Shown one piece after another: positions 38,599 through 50,747 of a stretch of 64,000 bases of DNA. The DNA is taken from contig CAWJQQ010000006.1 in assembly GCA_963845065.1 (NCBI GenBank), positions 1 through 64,000 of the forward strand. Direction: 5' to 3'. The position numbers were made by a program, and so were the translations under genes. Under the pieces are notes generated by a model. It was not told where the DNA came from, searched no databases, and saw only the letters and a list, made by a program, of their open reading frames with translations. Position 1 is the stretch's first letter; each line of letters begins with the position of its first letter. Source of the stretch: Nitrospirota bacterium (GTDB taxonomy: Bacteria; Nitrospirota; UBA9217).

Positions 38599-40512
38599 AT
38601 GATGCTTGATGGTAAGATTCCTTCGGGCCCACTTCACGAAAAGTGGGATAAAAGACGGGCTGAAATGAAACTGATCAACCCAGCAAACAAACGTAAATAC
38701 CGTATCATCGTCGTGGGTACAGGCCTTGCCGGAGCATCCGCAGCTGCATCACTCGCCGAGCTCGGCTATAATGTGGGGTCATTCTGCTTCCAGGACTCTC
38801 CGCGCCGCGCCCACAGCATCGCAGCCCAAGGCGGCATCAACGCTGCCAAGAACTACCCAAATGACGGCGACAGCATCGAACGATTATTTCACGATACAAT
38901 AAAGGGCGGCGACTTCCGCTCCCGCGAAGGGAACGTGTATCGGCTCGCCCAGGTTAGCGCGAGCATCATCGATCAATGTGTGGCCCAGGGTGTTCCTTTT
39001 GCCCGCGATTATGCCGGCTACCTCACGACCCGCTCCTTCGGCGGCGCACAGGTCTCGCGCACTTTTTATGCACGAGGACAGACGGGCCAGCAGCTCTTGC
39101 TCGGCGCTTACAGTGCACTCTCGCGCCAGATCAAGGCAGGCATGGTAACGCTCCATCCCCGAACAGAAATGCTCGACCTCGTAATCGTAAATGGAGAGGC
39201 CAAGGGGATAACTGTCAGAAATCTCGTGACCGGTGCCATTCAGTCGCACGCTGCAGACGCGGTTTGTCTCTGCACTGGCGGATACGCCAATGTCTTCTTC
39301 CTTTCAACAAACGCTCTGGGCAATAACGTTACTGCCGCATACCGCGCCTACAAGAAGGGCGCTTTCTTCGCAAACCCCTGCTATACTCAGATTCACCCGA
39401 CCTGTATCCCAGTGACCGGCGAGCACCAGGCAAAGCTTACACTCATGTCGGAGTCCCTTCGAAACGATGGGAGGGTCTGGGTGCCAAAGAAAAAAGGCGA
39501 CATCCGGTCTCCCAGCGAAATCCCGGAAGACCAGCGGGATTATTATCTAGAGCGAAAATATCCGGCCTACGGCAACCTTGCACCACGCGATATCGCCTCG
39601 CGTGCAGCGAAAGAAGCATGCGACGACGGACGGGGTGTAGGAACTGGTGGACGGGGTGTGTACCTCGATTTTGCCGACGCGATAAAACGACATGGCGAAA
39701 ATATGATCCGCGAGCGTTATGGCAACTTATTCGAGATGTACGAGCGCATCACGGCCGAGGACGCGTACAGGCGGCCAATGCGCATCTACCCCGCACCGCA
39801 TTACACCATGGGCGGGCTCTGGGTGGATTACAATCTCGAAAGCAACATCCCCGGTCTCTTCGTTCTCGGCGAGGCGAATTTTTCAGACCACGGCGCGAAC
39901 CGCCTCGGCGCAAGCGCGCTCATGCAGGGATTGGCCGACGGTTACTTTGTAATTCCTTATACAATCGCAAACTATCTCGCACGTACTAACCCCGGTGAGG
40001 TAACATCGGCCCATCCGGAATTCATAAAATCGTGGGAAGACGCAGATACAATAACGAAAAAGCTCCTCAGGGTCAGGGGAAAGAAAACAGTCCACGAACT
40101 TCACCGTGAGCTCGGCAAAGTCATGTGGGACCATGTTGGCATGTCCCGCAGCGAGGAAAGTATGAAAAAGGCGATTAAGAGGATACCGGAACTCCGTGCT
40201 GAGTTCTGGGAGAATCTGCTCGTCTCAGGCACTGACACAGACTTGAACCAGGAATTGGAACACGCCGGCCGCCTCGCCGACTTCCTCGAATTCGCCGAAC
40301 TGTTGACGAAAGATGCCTTGCATCGAGATGAATCCTGCGGGGCCCATTTCCGCATCGAGCACCAGACGCCCGACGGAGAAGCGGTCCGGGACGACAAGAA
40401 CTTCAGCTATGTTGCAGCATGGCAGTACAAAGGCACTGACAAGGAGCCGGAACTTCACAAGGAACCACTGACATTCGAGAATGTACAGCTAACGGTGAGA
40501 AATTATAAATAG
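38599..40512 (+). CDS. sdhA: Succinate dehydrogenase/fumarate reductase flavoprotein
   Basis: [30 protein letters not shown]. Confidence 0.95.
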   Translation: MMLDGKIPSGPLHEKWDKRRAEMKLINPANKRKYRIIVVGTGLAGASAAASLAELGYNVGSFCFQDSPRRAHSIAAQGGINAAKNYPNDGDSIERLFHDTIKGGDFRSREGNVYRLAQVSASIIDQCVAQGVPFARDYAGYLTTRSFGGAQVSRTFYARGQTGQQLLLGAYSALSRQIKAGMVTLHPRTEMLDLVIVNGEAKGITVRNLVTGAIQSHAADAVCLCTGGYANVFFLSTNALGNNVTAAYRAYKKGAFFANPCYTQIHPTCIPVTGEHQAKLTLMSESLRNDGRVWVPKKKGDIRSPSEIPEDQRDYYLERKYPAYGNLAPRDIASRAAKEACDDGRGVGTGGRGVYLDFADAIKRHGENMIRERYGNLFEMYERITAEDAYRRPMRIYPAPHYTMGGLWVDYNLESNIPGLFVLGEANFSDHGANRLGASALMQGLADGYFVIPYTIANYLARTNPGEVTSAHPEFIKSWEDADTITKKLLRVRGKKTVHELHRELGKVMWDHVGMSRSEESMKKAIKRIPELRAEFWENLLVSGTDTDLNQELEHAGRLADFLEFAELLTKDALHRDESCGAHFRIEHQTPDGEAVRDDKNFSYVAAWQYKGTDKEPELHKEPLTFENVQLTVRNYK

Positions 40513-40674
40513 CTGCATTTACCGTGGAGATAGGTCTGCGCGGAGTAACAAGGGTAACAAATGCATTTCGGCTCGTCTTTAAGACCCTAATACTCGACCG
40601 CTCACAATTTTGTCGATCTTCTTGGAGTCTCCGTAACGCCGTGGTCAAACGGTTCTTTCATCCATAATGAACTT

Positions 40675-40694
40675 CCACGCAGCAAGCTGCGTGG
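40675..40694. repeat. Perfect REP-like hairpin
   Basis: CCACGCAGC-AA-GCTGCGTGG in the sdhA-sdhB gap. Confidence 0.6.
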
Positions 40695-40809
40695 TATCTA
40701 TAAATAGGAAGACGATTATCAATTGAGAAACCTGCGGTTTCTCAAACTCTTCCCTCTATGCGGTGACCCTGTAACAAGCTGCAGGGAATTGCAAGTTAAA
40801 GAGGTATTT

Positions 40810-41550
40810 ATGAATCTGACATTATACGTCTGGCGACAGCGCAGCTCATTAGACAAAGGCAAACTGGTACAATACGAAGCGAAAAATATTGAAAGCGACA
40901 TGTCCTTTCTTGAAATGCTCGATGTCCTGAACCAGGAACTTATCAAAAAAGGTGAAGAGCCCATCGCGTTCGACAGCGACTGCCGGGAAGGCATCTGTGG
41001 CATGTGTGGTCAGGTTATTAACGGCTTGCCGCATGGCCCTCAGAAAAAGACGACAGTCTGTCAGCTACATATGCGCCACTTCAAGGATGGCGATACGATC
41101 TACATCGAGCCTTTCCGAGCCAAGGCTTTCCCTGTCATAAAAGACCTTATCGTGGACCGAGGTGCCTTTGACAAGATCATCCAGGCCGGCGGCTACATAT
41201 CGGTCCATACCGGCGGAGTACCGGACGGCAATGTTATCTTAGTCCCCAAAAGGGAAGCAGATACGGCCATGGATGCTGCGGAATGCATCGGTTGCGGGGC
41301 CTGTGTAGCGGCCTGCCCCAACGGCTCGGCCCTGCTCTTTACCTCTGCCAAGGTATCCCACCTCGCTCTGCTGCCACAGGGAAAAGTTGAGGCTGCACGT
41401 CGGGTCTGCGCAATGACCGAGGAGATGCTGAACCAGGGTTTCGGCAACTGCAGTAATCATTATGAGTGCGAATCCGTCTGTCCCAAGGGTATCAAAGTTA
41501 AATTTATCGCAAAGCTAAACCGGGAGTTCATCAAAGCTCAGATTACCTAA
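40810..41550 (+). CDS. sdhB: Succinate dehydrogenase/fumarate reductase Fe-S subunit
   Basis: [41 protein letters not shown]. Confidence 0.95.
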   Translation: MNLTLYVWRQRSSLDKGKLVQYEAKNIESDMSFLEMLDVLNQELIKKGEEPIAFDSDCREGICGMCGQVINGLPHGPQKKTTVCQLHMRHFKDGDTIYIEPFRAKAFPVIKDLIVDRGAFDKIIQAGGYISVHTGGVPDGNVILVPKREADTAMDAAECIGCGACVAACPNGSALLFTSAKVSHLALLPQGKVEAARRVCAMTEEMLNQGFGNCSNHYECESVCPKGIKVKFIAKLNREFIKAQIT

Positions 41551-41606
41551 AGCCTGCGTTGCGCCGTACGTTCGCAGTAATGGAAACAGGACACGGGAGA
41601 GACACC

Positions 41607-42167
41607 TTGGCGACCATTTTTCGTATTTTGGGCTTTGCCGGTAGTTTAAGAAAAAGTTCTTACAACAAAGCTCTTCTTCGCACAGCAGGGGAACTCCTTC
41701 CGAAAGATGCCGAGCTCGAAATCTTCAACCTCGAAGATATCCCACTTTTTAATGCCGACCTAGAGCAGCAGCCTCCGGCAAAGGTCAAGGAATTCAAAGC
41801 AAAGATCAAATCGGCAGATGCATTGTTGATTGCATCGCCTGAATATAATTATTCAGTCCCGGGAGTGCTCAAGAATGCTATTGACTGGGGATCGCGGCCC
41901 CACGGCGATAACTGTTTCGACGACAAGCCAGTCGCAATCATGGGCGCATCCATCGGCATGCTCGGAACGGCCCGTGCCCAGTACCACCTACGCCAGTCCT
42001 GCGTGTTCCTGAACGCGCATCCCCTTAACCGTCCTGAAGTCATGGTGCCCTTTGCCCAGGATAAGATCGACAAGGGCGGAAAGATGACTGACGAGCGCAC
42101 AAGAGCAAAGATCAAGGAATTGATCGAGAATCTCGCAGTCTGGACTCATCGACTGAAAAAAGCATAA
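41607..42167 (+). CDS. NADPH-dependent FMN reductase (ChrR-like)
   Basis: GSLRKSSYN, PEYNYSVPGVLKNAIDW. Confidence 0.92.
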   Translation: MATIFRILGFAGSLRKSSYNKALLRTAGELLPKDAELEIFNLEDIPLFNADLEQQPPAKVKEFKAKIKSADALLIASPEYNYSVPGVLKNAIDWGSRPHGDNCFDDKPVAIMGASIGMLGTARAQYHLRQSCVFLNAHPLNRPEVMVPFAQDKIDKGGKMTDERTRAKIKELIENLAVWTHRLKKA

Positions 42168-42298
42168 TACCATCACCCGAATGCCCCGGGGAAATTTCCG
42201 CAACCTCGCTGCACATTTCATCCCCGCATGCTACAATAGCAGTATCTACTAACCCAAAATACCGCTTGAGCTATTGACTCTTTTCCCGGAGGTGTATC

Positions 42299-42943
42299 AT
42301 GTACGTTTCAAACTGGATGACCGCAAAAGTGTTTACTGCCAACACCGATGACTATCTTTCCGATGCACTAGCGATCATGAAGGGGAAAAACATCAAACAC
42401 GTACCTGTTATAAAAAATGGCAAGCTGAAAGGCATAATCTCCGACCGCGACATTAAGGAATACAGTCCTTCAAAAGCGACGTCGCTGGACATCTATGAAC
42501 TCCACTACCTTTTGGCGAATACGAAGATCAAGGACATCATGACTGAAAAAGTCATTACTACGTCACCCGGAGCGCCGGTGGAAGTGGCGGCAATGATCAT
42601 GCTGGACAAAAACATCGGATGCCTCCCTGTATTGGACAAAGCCGAACTCGTTGGTATCATCTCAGACCGTGACATTTACCATGCGCTAGTGGACATAACC
42701 GGAGTGAGGCACGGCGGCCACAGGATCAGCGTCACGATCGAAGACAGACCAGGATCTATCAAGGAGGTGGCCGACATTATCAGGAGGAACGGTTTTCACC
42801 TTCAGAGCATTCTCACTTCTTACGAAAACGTCAAAAAAGGATATCGCGACGTTGTAATCCGGGCTACGGGAGATGGCGTGTTCAAAAGTCTCTCGAATGA
42901 TCTGGAAACTGCATACAGAAACGTACAAGTTATAAAGGGATAA
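42299..42943 (+). CDS. CBS-pair + ACT domain protein (AcuB-like)
   Basis: Two CBS repeats (GIISDRDI twice) and C-terminal EDRPG ACT motif. Confidence 0.9.
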   Translation: MYVSNWMTAKVFTANTDDYLSDALAIMKGKNIKHVPVIKNGKLKGIISDRDIKEYSPSKATSLDIYELHYLLANTKIKDIMTEKVITTSPGAPVEVAAMIMLDKNIGCLPVLDKAELVGIISDRDIYHALVDITGVRHGGHRISVTIEDRPGSIKEVADIIRRNGFHLQSILTSYENVKKGYRDVVIRATGDGVFKSLSNDLETAYRNVQVIKG

Positions 42944-43069
42944 AGAGGAATCTCCCCTCCTCCCGTCAAACCCCCCGCTCTTAACCATGGCGGGAGTGGT
43001 CAGTGTGAGTCTCATTAATTCTTGATGGCTATGCTTTCCTCCTACCCATGTTGTTTGTCTGTGGCCTAA

Positions 43070-44833
43070 TTATATCCTGCTCACGGTCTTTTTTCTCGCC
43101 TTTTTGATTTTTGCGACGTGGCGCGTCTTCAGCCACGTCATGAGGTCTTCATATTCCAGCGCATTCAGCACGTCCTTCTTTTCGACCCATCCCCTTCTCG
43201 CGACCGAGACACCATAGGTCATATAGTCGAACTGGCTTGTAATGTGCATATCTGTACTGATGACGAGCTGAACCTCTAGTTGTTTCGCCATCCTAACATG
43301 CAGATCGTTCAGGTCTAGTCGTAAAGGATAGGCATTAATCTCCATCGCCACGCCATGCCTTGCGGCCTCCTTAAGAACCGCCTCCATGTCAATGGCATAT
43401 GCATCACGCTCGCCGATAAGCCGACCGGTGGGATGGGCGATCACGCTTACCGAGGGGTTTCTGATTGCCGACAAAATCCGCTTCGTAATTTGCTCCCGAG
43501 TTTGTTTAAAGCCCGAGTGGATAGACGCAACTACGATGTCGAGCCCCGCGAGCGCTTCATCGGAGAGATCGAGCCTGCCATCTGAGTGGATATCGATCTC
43601 GGTGCCTCTGAGTATCTTGAACCCGGAAAGCCTTTCGTTTGAGTCGTCGATAAGCTTAATCTCCTCGGCAAGCCGTTTTTCATCAAGCCCGTGAGCCACG
43701 CCGAGCCCCTTCGTATGGTCGGTGATGGCTATGTATTTATAACCCTTCTTCTTTGCCGCCTTTACGATGGTATCAAGATCGTGGCTTCCGTCGGACCAGT
43801 TAGTGTGGACATGAAGGTCGCCCTTGATGTCGCCTAGTGTCAAGAGATCGGGGAGCCTTCCCAGCAAGGCCGCATCGATCTCGCCCGTATCCTCCCTGAG
43901 CTCGGGCGGTACATAGGCAAGCTTCAGCGCCTTATAAATGTCTTCCTCATGCTTACCGCCGATTTTTTTCTCTCCTGGCTCCCTGAACACACCGTATTCA
44001 TTGATCTTGAGTCCGGCACGCCTTGCCATCTCCCGGAGCTTGATGTTGTGTTGCTTGCTGCCCGTAAAATACTGAAGCGCAGCGCCAAAACAATCTTCAT
44101 CAACAACACGGAGATCCACCTGAATCCCGTCATCGGTGATGATCGATGATTTCGTAGCCCCTTGAGCAAGAACGCGGCTTACGTGAGGATTTTTTACAAA
44201 AACTTCCATGACTTTTCCCGGAAATTTCGATGTTGTAAGAATATCAATATCCTTTACGGTCTCTTTCCACCGTCTAATACTGCCAGCGACCTCGATCCTA
44301 TCAACCGGTGCGCTATCCTTCATTCTGCTTATGATATCCTCAGCTAAAGGCATTACCCTGCCGAGGGGTTTTCGCTCCGTCCCTCGCTTAAGAAATTCTA
44401 TTCCCTGAAGAATATTTTCTTCGGTTTTTTTCTGTATGCCCGGCATCCCCTTGAGCTTCCCGGATTTAATTACTTTTTCGAGTTCGCTAACATTCTTTAT
44501 TTTGAGCTTCTCAAACAAAAGCCTGGCCTTTTTTGGCCCCAAACCGGGTACACGAAGGAGATCGAGAACCCCGGCTGGAATCTCCTTTTTTAATTCCTCG
44601 TGCTTTGCAACAAAGCCCTTCTCAAGATATTCATGAATTTTCCCAACCAGATCCTTACCAATACCGGGGATCGCAATGAGTTCCTCGTCCGAAAGCGTAG
44701 ACACATCCTTCGCTAACCCGTCGATGTTCTGCGCTGCCCTTTGGTATGCGCGGATCCGAAAAACATTCTCGCTTTTGAGCTCCAGGAACTCAGCAATTTC
44801 GTTGAATATCTTTGCAATCTGTTGGTTTTTCAT
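43070..44833 (-). CDS. polX: DNA polymerase X / PHP 3'-5' exonuclease
   Basis: AGSIRR, DIDIL, YFTGSK, DLHVHTNWSDG, STDMH. Confidence 0.95.
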   Translation of the reverse strand: MKNQQIAKIFNEIAEFLELKSENVFRIRAYQRAAQNIDGLAKDVSTLSDEELIAIPGIGKDLVGKIHEYLEKGFVAKHEELKKEIPAGVLDLLRVPGLGPKKARLLFEKLKIKNVSELEKVIKSGKLKGMPGIQKKTEENILQGIEFLKRGTERKPLGRVMPLAEDIISRMKDSAPVDRIEVAGSIRRWKETVKDIDILTTSKFPGKVMEVFVKNPHVSRVLAQGATKSSIITDDGIQVDLRVVDEDCFGAALQYFTGSKQHNIKLREMARRAGLKINEYGVFREPGEKKIGGKHEEDIYKALKLAYVPPELREDTGEIDAALLGRLPDLLTLGDIKGDLHVHTNWSDGSHDLDTIVKAAKKKGYKYIAITDHTKGLGVAHGLDEKRLAEEIKLIDDSNERLSGFKILRGTEIDIHSDGRLDLSDEALAGLDIVVASIHSGFKQTREQITKRILSAIRNPSVSVIAHPTGRLIGERDAYAIDMEAVLKEAARHGVAMEINAYPLRLDLNDLHVRMAKQLEVQLVISTDMHITSQFDYMTYGVSVARRGWVEKKDVLNALEYEDLMTWLKTRHVAKIKKARKKTVSRI

Positions 44834-45251
44834 GAGAAACTCCACAGCTATATAGAAACCATGAATAGATAATGATCAATAAAGATTATCTGTTATTATT
44901 TTAGCACCGTGGAAATGAAAAAAGGCAGGGAACTCGCCCCGGCTATCCATCTACTTTGCTTCCTATGATTGATACATTCAGCGGCTTCATGCCGTCTTCT
45001 TCACGCTCCGAACGAGCATCACAGGATTGTCCTTACCCGGATACTTTCATGCAATGTTCTGGATCCGCAGAGTTGCAACCGACGTGGTATGTGTTCCTGC
45101 TGTATGGACCAGCTTGATTCGACTACTTACCGTTTCTCTCCCCTTCTCCCGTTTTTTGCTAAAATAAAAACAAAGCTCTATAGGGGCTTTTTTTCTCATC
45201 TAAAGACCAGCATGTAGGGTGCGGCTTATGTCGTAGGAAAGGAGCGGTAAC

Positions 45252-45734
45252 ATGGCTACAAAAACTAATCTGGCTAACAAGTCTGCAGAGAAGCAACTCA
45301 TCTTCAATCGTACGTTCAATGCGCCGCGCGAGCGTGTGTTCAATGCCTAGGTCGATCAAAATCTTATGACCCTGTGGGGGGGCCAAAGGGTTCACGAACC
45401 CCGTATGCGAAATGGATGTAGGGCAGGCGTTGCGATCCGCATCTACATGCGCGGCCCTGACGGCAACATGTATCCGATGAAGGGCGTCTTTCAAGAAATT
45501 ATTCCGCCTCAACGGCTAGTTTTCAGCAGCAGCGCTCTCGAGGATGAAAAGGGTAATGCCTAACTTGAAAATATAAATACCATTTCATTCATCGGGATGG
45601 GGAACGCGTCGAAAATAACACTGCCGGTAGTTGTCGTGAAGTCGGCTCTCGCCGCACAGGGAGCGCTCAAAGGAATGCCAGAAGGTTGGAATCAAAGTCT
45701 TGATCGTATTGAAGAGCTCTTAGAAAAAATTTGA
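45252..45734 (+). pseudogene. SRPBCC/AHSA1 domain protein, disrupted
   Basis: RTFNAPRERVFNA* then MRGPDG..YPMKGVFQEIIPPQRLVF and GMPEGWNQSLDRIEE; in-frame stops and frameshifts. Confidence 0.8.
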
Positions 45735-46731
45735 TCATTGGTGCGCATTCCAAAAGCGGACTAGGAATGGGTCTGCAAGGCTATCATTATAGCTTCTGAA
45801 CCTTACTTGTCATTTCTTGCAGTTTGATTCCCTGCTTTCTCAATCGCAATTTTAATGCAAATGTTGTAACGTCGAATTCCATGATGATATAAACGGAGAT
45901 CGTAATCACCATGCCAGAAGTTCTGATACGGTCATCAACGTTTACAAAAGCACGAAATCAGTACTTATTTAGTGATCACTTCTCCTCTTTCTCTTGTTAT
46001 TTTGAGTCTATATCGCATATTTTTTCTTTCTAAAGTAAGTTATTTGCCCTAAATAATGTGACGACGAAGTGAAGTTAGGTGTCAAAAGAAAAAATGTATG
46101 GTTCCTCAATAACCTGTCCAACTGAAACTGGGAATTTTTGGCTCACATGATTTAACCCATATGCTTGGCCCTCATCACTATATTGTCATTGCACACTTGT
46201 TTATTGGAGTTAAGGAATCCCTTGCTGCCTTTTCCTGCACGTGCCTTTATACTGATTCGAGCAATTTCCCGACGGTGCAATATGTCGGCCACTGACTCGA
46301 TATCAGCCTTTGAGACGCTAACAATTATCTTCATGAATGCATAATTCCCGAACGGGATTGAATAGCGTGTTCCATGCGCCATGATGCATTGGTTCACCAC
46401 GCATCGCGAATTTTCTTTTGCCTTAGCATAGAAAAGAACTAGGGAATATCGGTGCAGTGCACAATGTTTTCAGCATTATGAACGGCCTCCAACACTGATC
46501 ACGCCCCTGGATAAGACCACGGGTTTCTGCAGATAGTTCGATAGTATGAACTCAAGTCCTATCCAAAATATACCTAGATGCATTTAGGTGACTATTAATT
46601 TGCAACAAAAAGGGCCGAAGCAGGTAATCGCTCCCGTCCTTTTTCCCACCCGCCTTTGGTTCTGGCGGTGAATATGCTTTTCTCAGTTACGTTATCGATT
46701 CGATCGCGGTGTCTGCCACAACCTGAATTTT

Positions 46732-48465
46732 TTAGAAAAATTTTGTCTGATCGGACATCTTCCAGATGACCTCGAAATTGCAAATAATGATGTCCAACTC
46801 TCCATTGCGATCAGTCACGATCTTTCCTTTGGTATCGAGGGCAATAAGGAGGTCGTTTGGCTTCAGCAGCGATCCGTCATAGCCCGCATCTCGTAGCCTC
46901 GCACAGGTTTTTTCTACAAACCTTCTGCATTGTGATTCGTCTATGATCTTTCTCCGAACCGCCTTAATCAGGTCCATGGGCTTGAGCAATTCATTCTCGT
47001 GCTGCGCAACCCATTCATCGGGGCCGTTGTAGTAGCCGCGGATCGTGATATAGTTGTGTTCTGCCGCCAAAATGGGATTGCCGTAGCTGTCGACGAGCGC
47101 CTTATGAGATTGATATTTCCTGGAATCGACCGATACTTCAACCTTTAAGCTGCCTGTTTCGTAGATAGCACGGACATAAACCGCGTGGATCCCCTGCCGA
47201 TTGAGCGCCTCGGAAATTGCAAATTCTTCGAAAGGGCTGTTGATCCCATAATGTCTGATCTTCTCTATGTCGTTGTTGTTATATTTTTTGTCTGCCGGGA
47301 TCTCGCCCACCCGCGACGTTGCCCAGACAAGATGGATGTTGTCCTTCGTGACTGTGTAATACACCTCATTGGCATCGGAAAGGCTTAAGCACGGCGTCTT
47401 CCGCCAACGTTCGGGAAGGAAATAATCGAATAGGCGCCCGTTCCTCCCAACGACCCACATACGGCCGCCAGTGCTCTCAGCATGGCCAAACGTGTAGGGC
47501 ACTCCGAAGATCTCTGTCCGAGAGAGGTGCGAAGGCAGTGGAGTAGGCTCTAGGCGGTCCCGCACATCGTCAAGATAGGAATGCCGCCTCGACGCCTTAA
47601 CCTGGTCTTCGTGTTCGGGCGTTCGGAAGAGCAGCTCATAATCGATAACCGAGTATTTACCCGCGTTCAAAAGATAGTAGACCATGTCCACCTGCTTCCG
47701 TGCTGCGTCTGCGGGATTGCTCGCGCCAGCCTTCTCGATGAATTCGCAGTCCTCTTCATCCAAGATGACATGCTCAGGCTTCATGTCTGCCATAAGATAC
47801 CCTTTTTTTGTCAGGTCGTCGAGGGCCTTCTTCTGCATTGCCTGCAGATGATAGACCAGGTCCGGCATTTCGATCTTGATATGCTCGAAAATTTCCACAA
47901 GGTTTTTGCCCCGGATCCACTCGTAAATAAACTTGTACTGTTTGAGGATGTCGAGGTCAATTCCGGGATGGCGTGCGCGGATGCGGTTGATCCTGGCCCG
48001 TGACCGTCCGCTCTGCCACAACTGCATGCGCTGCGGAGGTACATAAATCGCCAGTGGTCGCTGCACCTTGATCCACCCGATGCGTTGACCGATCTGCTTA
48101 TCGCCCATCTCCATGACCAGAGCAAACTCTTCCCAGGGGCTGTTGAACTCAGCGCTGACGAACTCCTCGAGTGTGTGGGTATTGATCGGGACGTCTTCTC
48201 CTACTCGGCAATTTTTAACTACGAGGTCAAGGCTTATGCCGTCCACGGGCTTCGTTGGTACGCGATACACGGAACTTGTGCCGAGTAGCCGGACCCTATG
48301 CTGATTGAACCAGCTCTCTTCATACCAGTTGTTGATAACAAGATGTTCCTGGTAGCACTCGGCGAATCGGGTAAGATATAGGTCGCCACCATCTTCCGTT
48401 TTGGAGTGAAAGTACACCACTCCTAACACGTTCACGAGGGCTTTATATTGAGCGGTCCGTCTCAT
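46732..48465 (-). CDS. Hypothetical protein with two tandem kinase-like repeats
   Basis: Internal duplication (RVGE..NSP[W/F]EEFA twice); VVK, DMKPEH, IDYE in the first repeat. Confidence 0.8.
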   Translation of the reverse strand: MRRTAQYKALVNVLGVVYFHSKTEDGGDLYLTRFAECYQEHLVINNWYEESWFNQHRVRLLGTSSVYRVPTKPVDGISLDLVVKNCRVGEDVPINTHTLEEFVSAEFNSPWEEFALVMEMGDKQIGQRIGWIKVQRPLAIYVPPQRMQLWQSGRSRARINRIRARHPGIDLDILKQYKFIYEWIRGKNLVEIFEHIKIEMPDLVYHLQAMQKKALDDLTKKGYLMADMKPEHVILDEEDCEFIEKAGASNPADAARKQVDMVYYLLNAGKYSVIDYELLFRTPEHEDQVKASRRHSYLDDVRDRLEPTPLPSHLSRTEIFGVPYTFGHAESTGGRMWVVGRNGRLFDYFLPERWRKTPCLSLSDANEVYYTVTKDNIHLVWATSRVGEIPADKKYNNNDIEKIRHYGINSPFEEFAISEALNRQGIHAVYVRAIYETGSLKVEVSVDSRKYQSHKALVDSYGNPILAAEHNYITIRGYYNGPDEWVAQHENELLKPMDLIKAVRRKIIDESQCRRFVEKTCARLRDAGYDGSLLKPNDLLIALDTKGKIVTDRNGELDIIICNFEVIWKMSDQTKFF

Positions 48466-48690
48466 GGTCTTTGTATCTGGTCATTCCGCAATCGATATAT
48501 GAAGGAAAAAACCTGTCTTGTCCCCGTCCTTGGCAAGAAGGGGTCATATGAAAGCCACGGCATGCATGTGCTATTTCAGTAATCGGCAACCTTTTATTTC
48601 TGAAATTTGGTTGAAGAGTCGGGCAATTGGTATTAACCACCCCCCGACAGCACGGGCGAAAAAAGGAGTATTATCTTCAGCCTTCTTTAT

Positions 48691-50478
48691 TTACCCAAGC
48701 CGTTTTCTCAAGTCCTCGAGCTGTCTTGTGAGCCTCGCAGGTAACCGTTTCCCAAATAGTGCAAAATGTTTTTCTATGTCGGGAATCTCGGCTTTCCATG
48801 AAGGAAGGTCAACATCCATAAGCGCTTGCACATTCCCGGATGAGATCGTTAGGCCCGCCAGATCGAGGTCTCCGTCCTTCGGCATTAGTCCAATGGGGGT
48901 TTCCTTGGCGTCTATCTTGCCGTCGACGCGGTCGCACATCCACTTAAGCACCCGGCTGTTGTCTCTGAATCCGGGCCATAGGAACCTGCCTTCAGCGCTC
49001 TTCCGGAACCAGTTCACGTAAAATATCCGGGGAGCTTTCACACCTAGGCGGTCCCCCATCTCGAGCCAATGCTGGAAGTAGTCGCCCATGTGATAACCCA
49101 GAAAAGGCTTCATCGCAAAGGGGTCGCGCCTGAGGTTACCAACCGCCCCGATGTTGGCGGAGGTAGTCTCCGAGGCAGCCGTGGCCCCCATGAACACACC
49201 GTGGTCCCAGGAAAAGGCCTCGGTCACAAGGGGGACCACCGTGCTTCTCCTCCCACCAAAGATAAAGATATCGATAGGCACGCCTTCAGGATCATCCCAG
49301 CAATCACAGATGACCGGGCACTGAGATGCCGGAGCAGTAAAGCGAGCGTTCGCGTGAGCGGCGTCTTCACGGCTTTCCGGGAGCCAGTCCCGGCCTTTCC
49401 AGTCTATTACATGGCTTGGCGTTTCCTCGGTCATGCCCTCCCACCAAATGTCGCCGCTATCCGTGAGCGCGCAGTTTGTGAAAATGATGTTCTCTTTGAG
49501 TGAGTCCATGGCCATAGGATTAGTATTGTAGGACGTGCCTGGCGCAACGCCGAAAAAGCCGGTTTCTGGGTTTAAAGCGTGGAGCCTGCCATCGCCCTTG
49601 ATCTTCATCCAGGCAATGTCGTCTCCAATACACTCGCACTTCCACCCTTTGAGGGATGGCTGCATCATAGACAGGTTCGTTTTGCCGCAGGCTGAGGGGA
49701 ACGCAGCCGCAATGTGGTAACGTTTTCCCTCTGGGCTGGTTAAGCGCAGGATCAGCATATGCTCCGCCATCCATCCTTCCCGCCGGGCCATGTTCGAGGC
49801 GATCCTGAGGGCGAGGCATTTTTTCCCCAGGAGGGCGTTACCGCCATAGCCAGATCCATAGGACCAGATCAGGTTCTCCTCGGGGAAATGGCTAATGTAT
49901 TTCTGCTCAATCGGAGCACAGGGCCATGGTCTGTCCTGTTGTCCTTTTTCAAGTGGAACACCGATGGAATGGAGGCAAGGGATAAACTCTCCCTTTTCTC
50001 CAAGCATTGCCAGAACATTCGTGCCGACCCGAGTCATGATATGCATATTACAAACAACATAAGGGCTGTCAGTCAGCTCAACGCCGATCTTCGAAATCGG
50101 CGAGCCAATGGGCCCCATGGAAAACGGGATAACATACATCGTGCGACCCTTCATGCAGCCTTGATACAACCCCCGCATGGTTTTCTTAAGCTCTTCCGGG
50201 TGTACCCAATTGTTCGTCGGGCCTGCCTCCTCCTGCGAGGTCGTGCTGATGTATGTTCGGTCCTCAACACGAGCAACGTCGCTCGGGTCGGTGCGGAAGA
50301 GGAAGCTGTTGGGCCGCTTCTTGAGCGAGATTGCCATGCCGCGGTCCTGCATGAGCGTCATCAGCATGTCGTACTCTGCCTTTGAGCCGTCGCACCAGAA
50401 GATCGAGTCAGGCCGGCATAGTTCTACGACCTCCCGAACCCACTCGCTCAATTTCTCATTCTTCAATCCGTATTTCAT
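48691..50478 (-). CDS. pckG: Phosphoenolpyruvate carboxykinase (GTP)
   Basis: [34 protein letters not shown]. Confidence 0.96.
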   Translation of the reverse strand: MKYGLKNEKLSEWVREVVELCRPDSIFWCDGSKAEYDMLMTLMQDRGMAISLKKRPNSFLFRTDPSDVARVEDRTYISTTSQEEAGPTNNWVHPEELKKTMRGLYQGCMKGRTMYVIPFSMGPIGSPISKIGVELTDSPYVVCNMHIMTRVGTNVLAMLGEKGEFIPCLHSIGVPLEKGQQDRPWPCAPIEQKYISHFPEENLIWSYGSGYGGNALLGKKCLALRIASNMARREGWMAEHMLILRLTSPEGKRYHIAAAFPSACGKTNLSMMQPSLKGWKCECIGDDIAWMKIKGDGRLHALNPETGFFGVAPGTSYNTNPMAMDSLKENIIFTNCALTDSGDIWWEGMTEETPSHVIDWKGRDWLPESREDAAHANARFTAPASQCPVICDCWDDPEGVPIDIFIFGGRRSTVVPLVTEAFSWDHGVFMGATAASETTSANIGAVGNLRRDPFAMKPFLGYHMGDYFQHWLEMGDRLGVKAPRIFYVNWFRKSAEGRFLWPGFRDNSRVLKWMCDRVDGKIDAKETPIGLMPKDGDLDLAGLTISSGNVQALMDVDLPSWKAEIPDIEKHFALFGKRLPARLTRQLEDLRKRLG

Positions 50479-50747
50479 AGACAGTCTCCTCGATTCCCAG
50501 CTACCGCTTAACTGACAGTCACCCCCCATACGCTGGATGCTACGTTTGTTGAGAGTTATGGCACGGTATTATGCACAATTGGTTGAAAAAAGTAAAGTGA
50601 TGTTTGTCCTTCGTATGCAGGCTTTCGTCCCTGCTTGGGGCTGAATGGCACGGAGAAGAAATCAGAATATTACTGAATGACAAGACCCGGCAGAGACAAA
50701 ATCGACCTTGGTTTGATTATCTGCATGAGAAGTATCTGGCTACTACT

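Noticed and set aside
45740..46700. Long intergenic region with an 82-aa ORF
   Set aside because: No convincing coding signal, riboswitch or repeat detected by eye.
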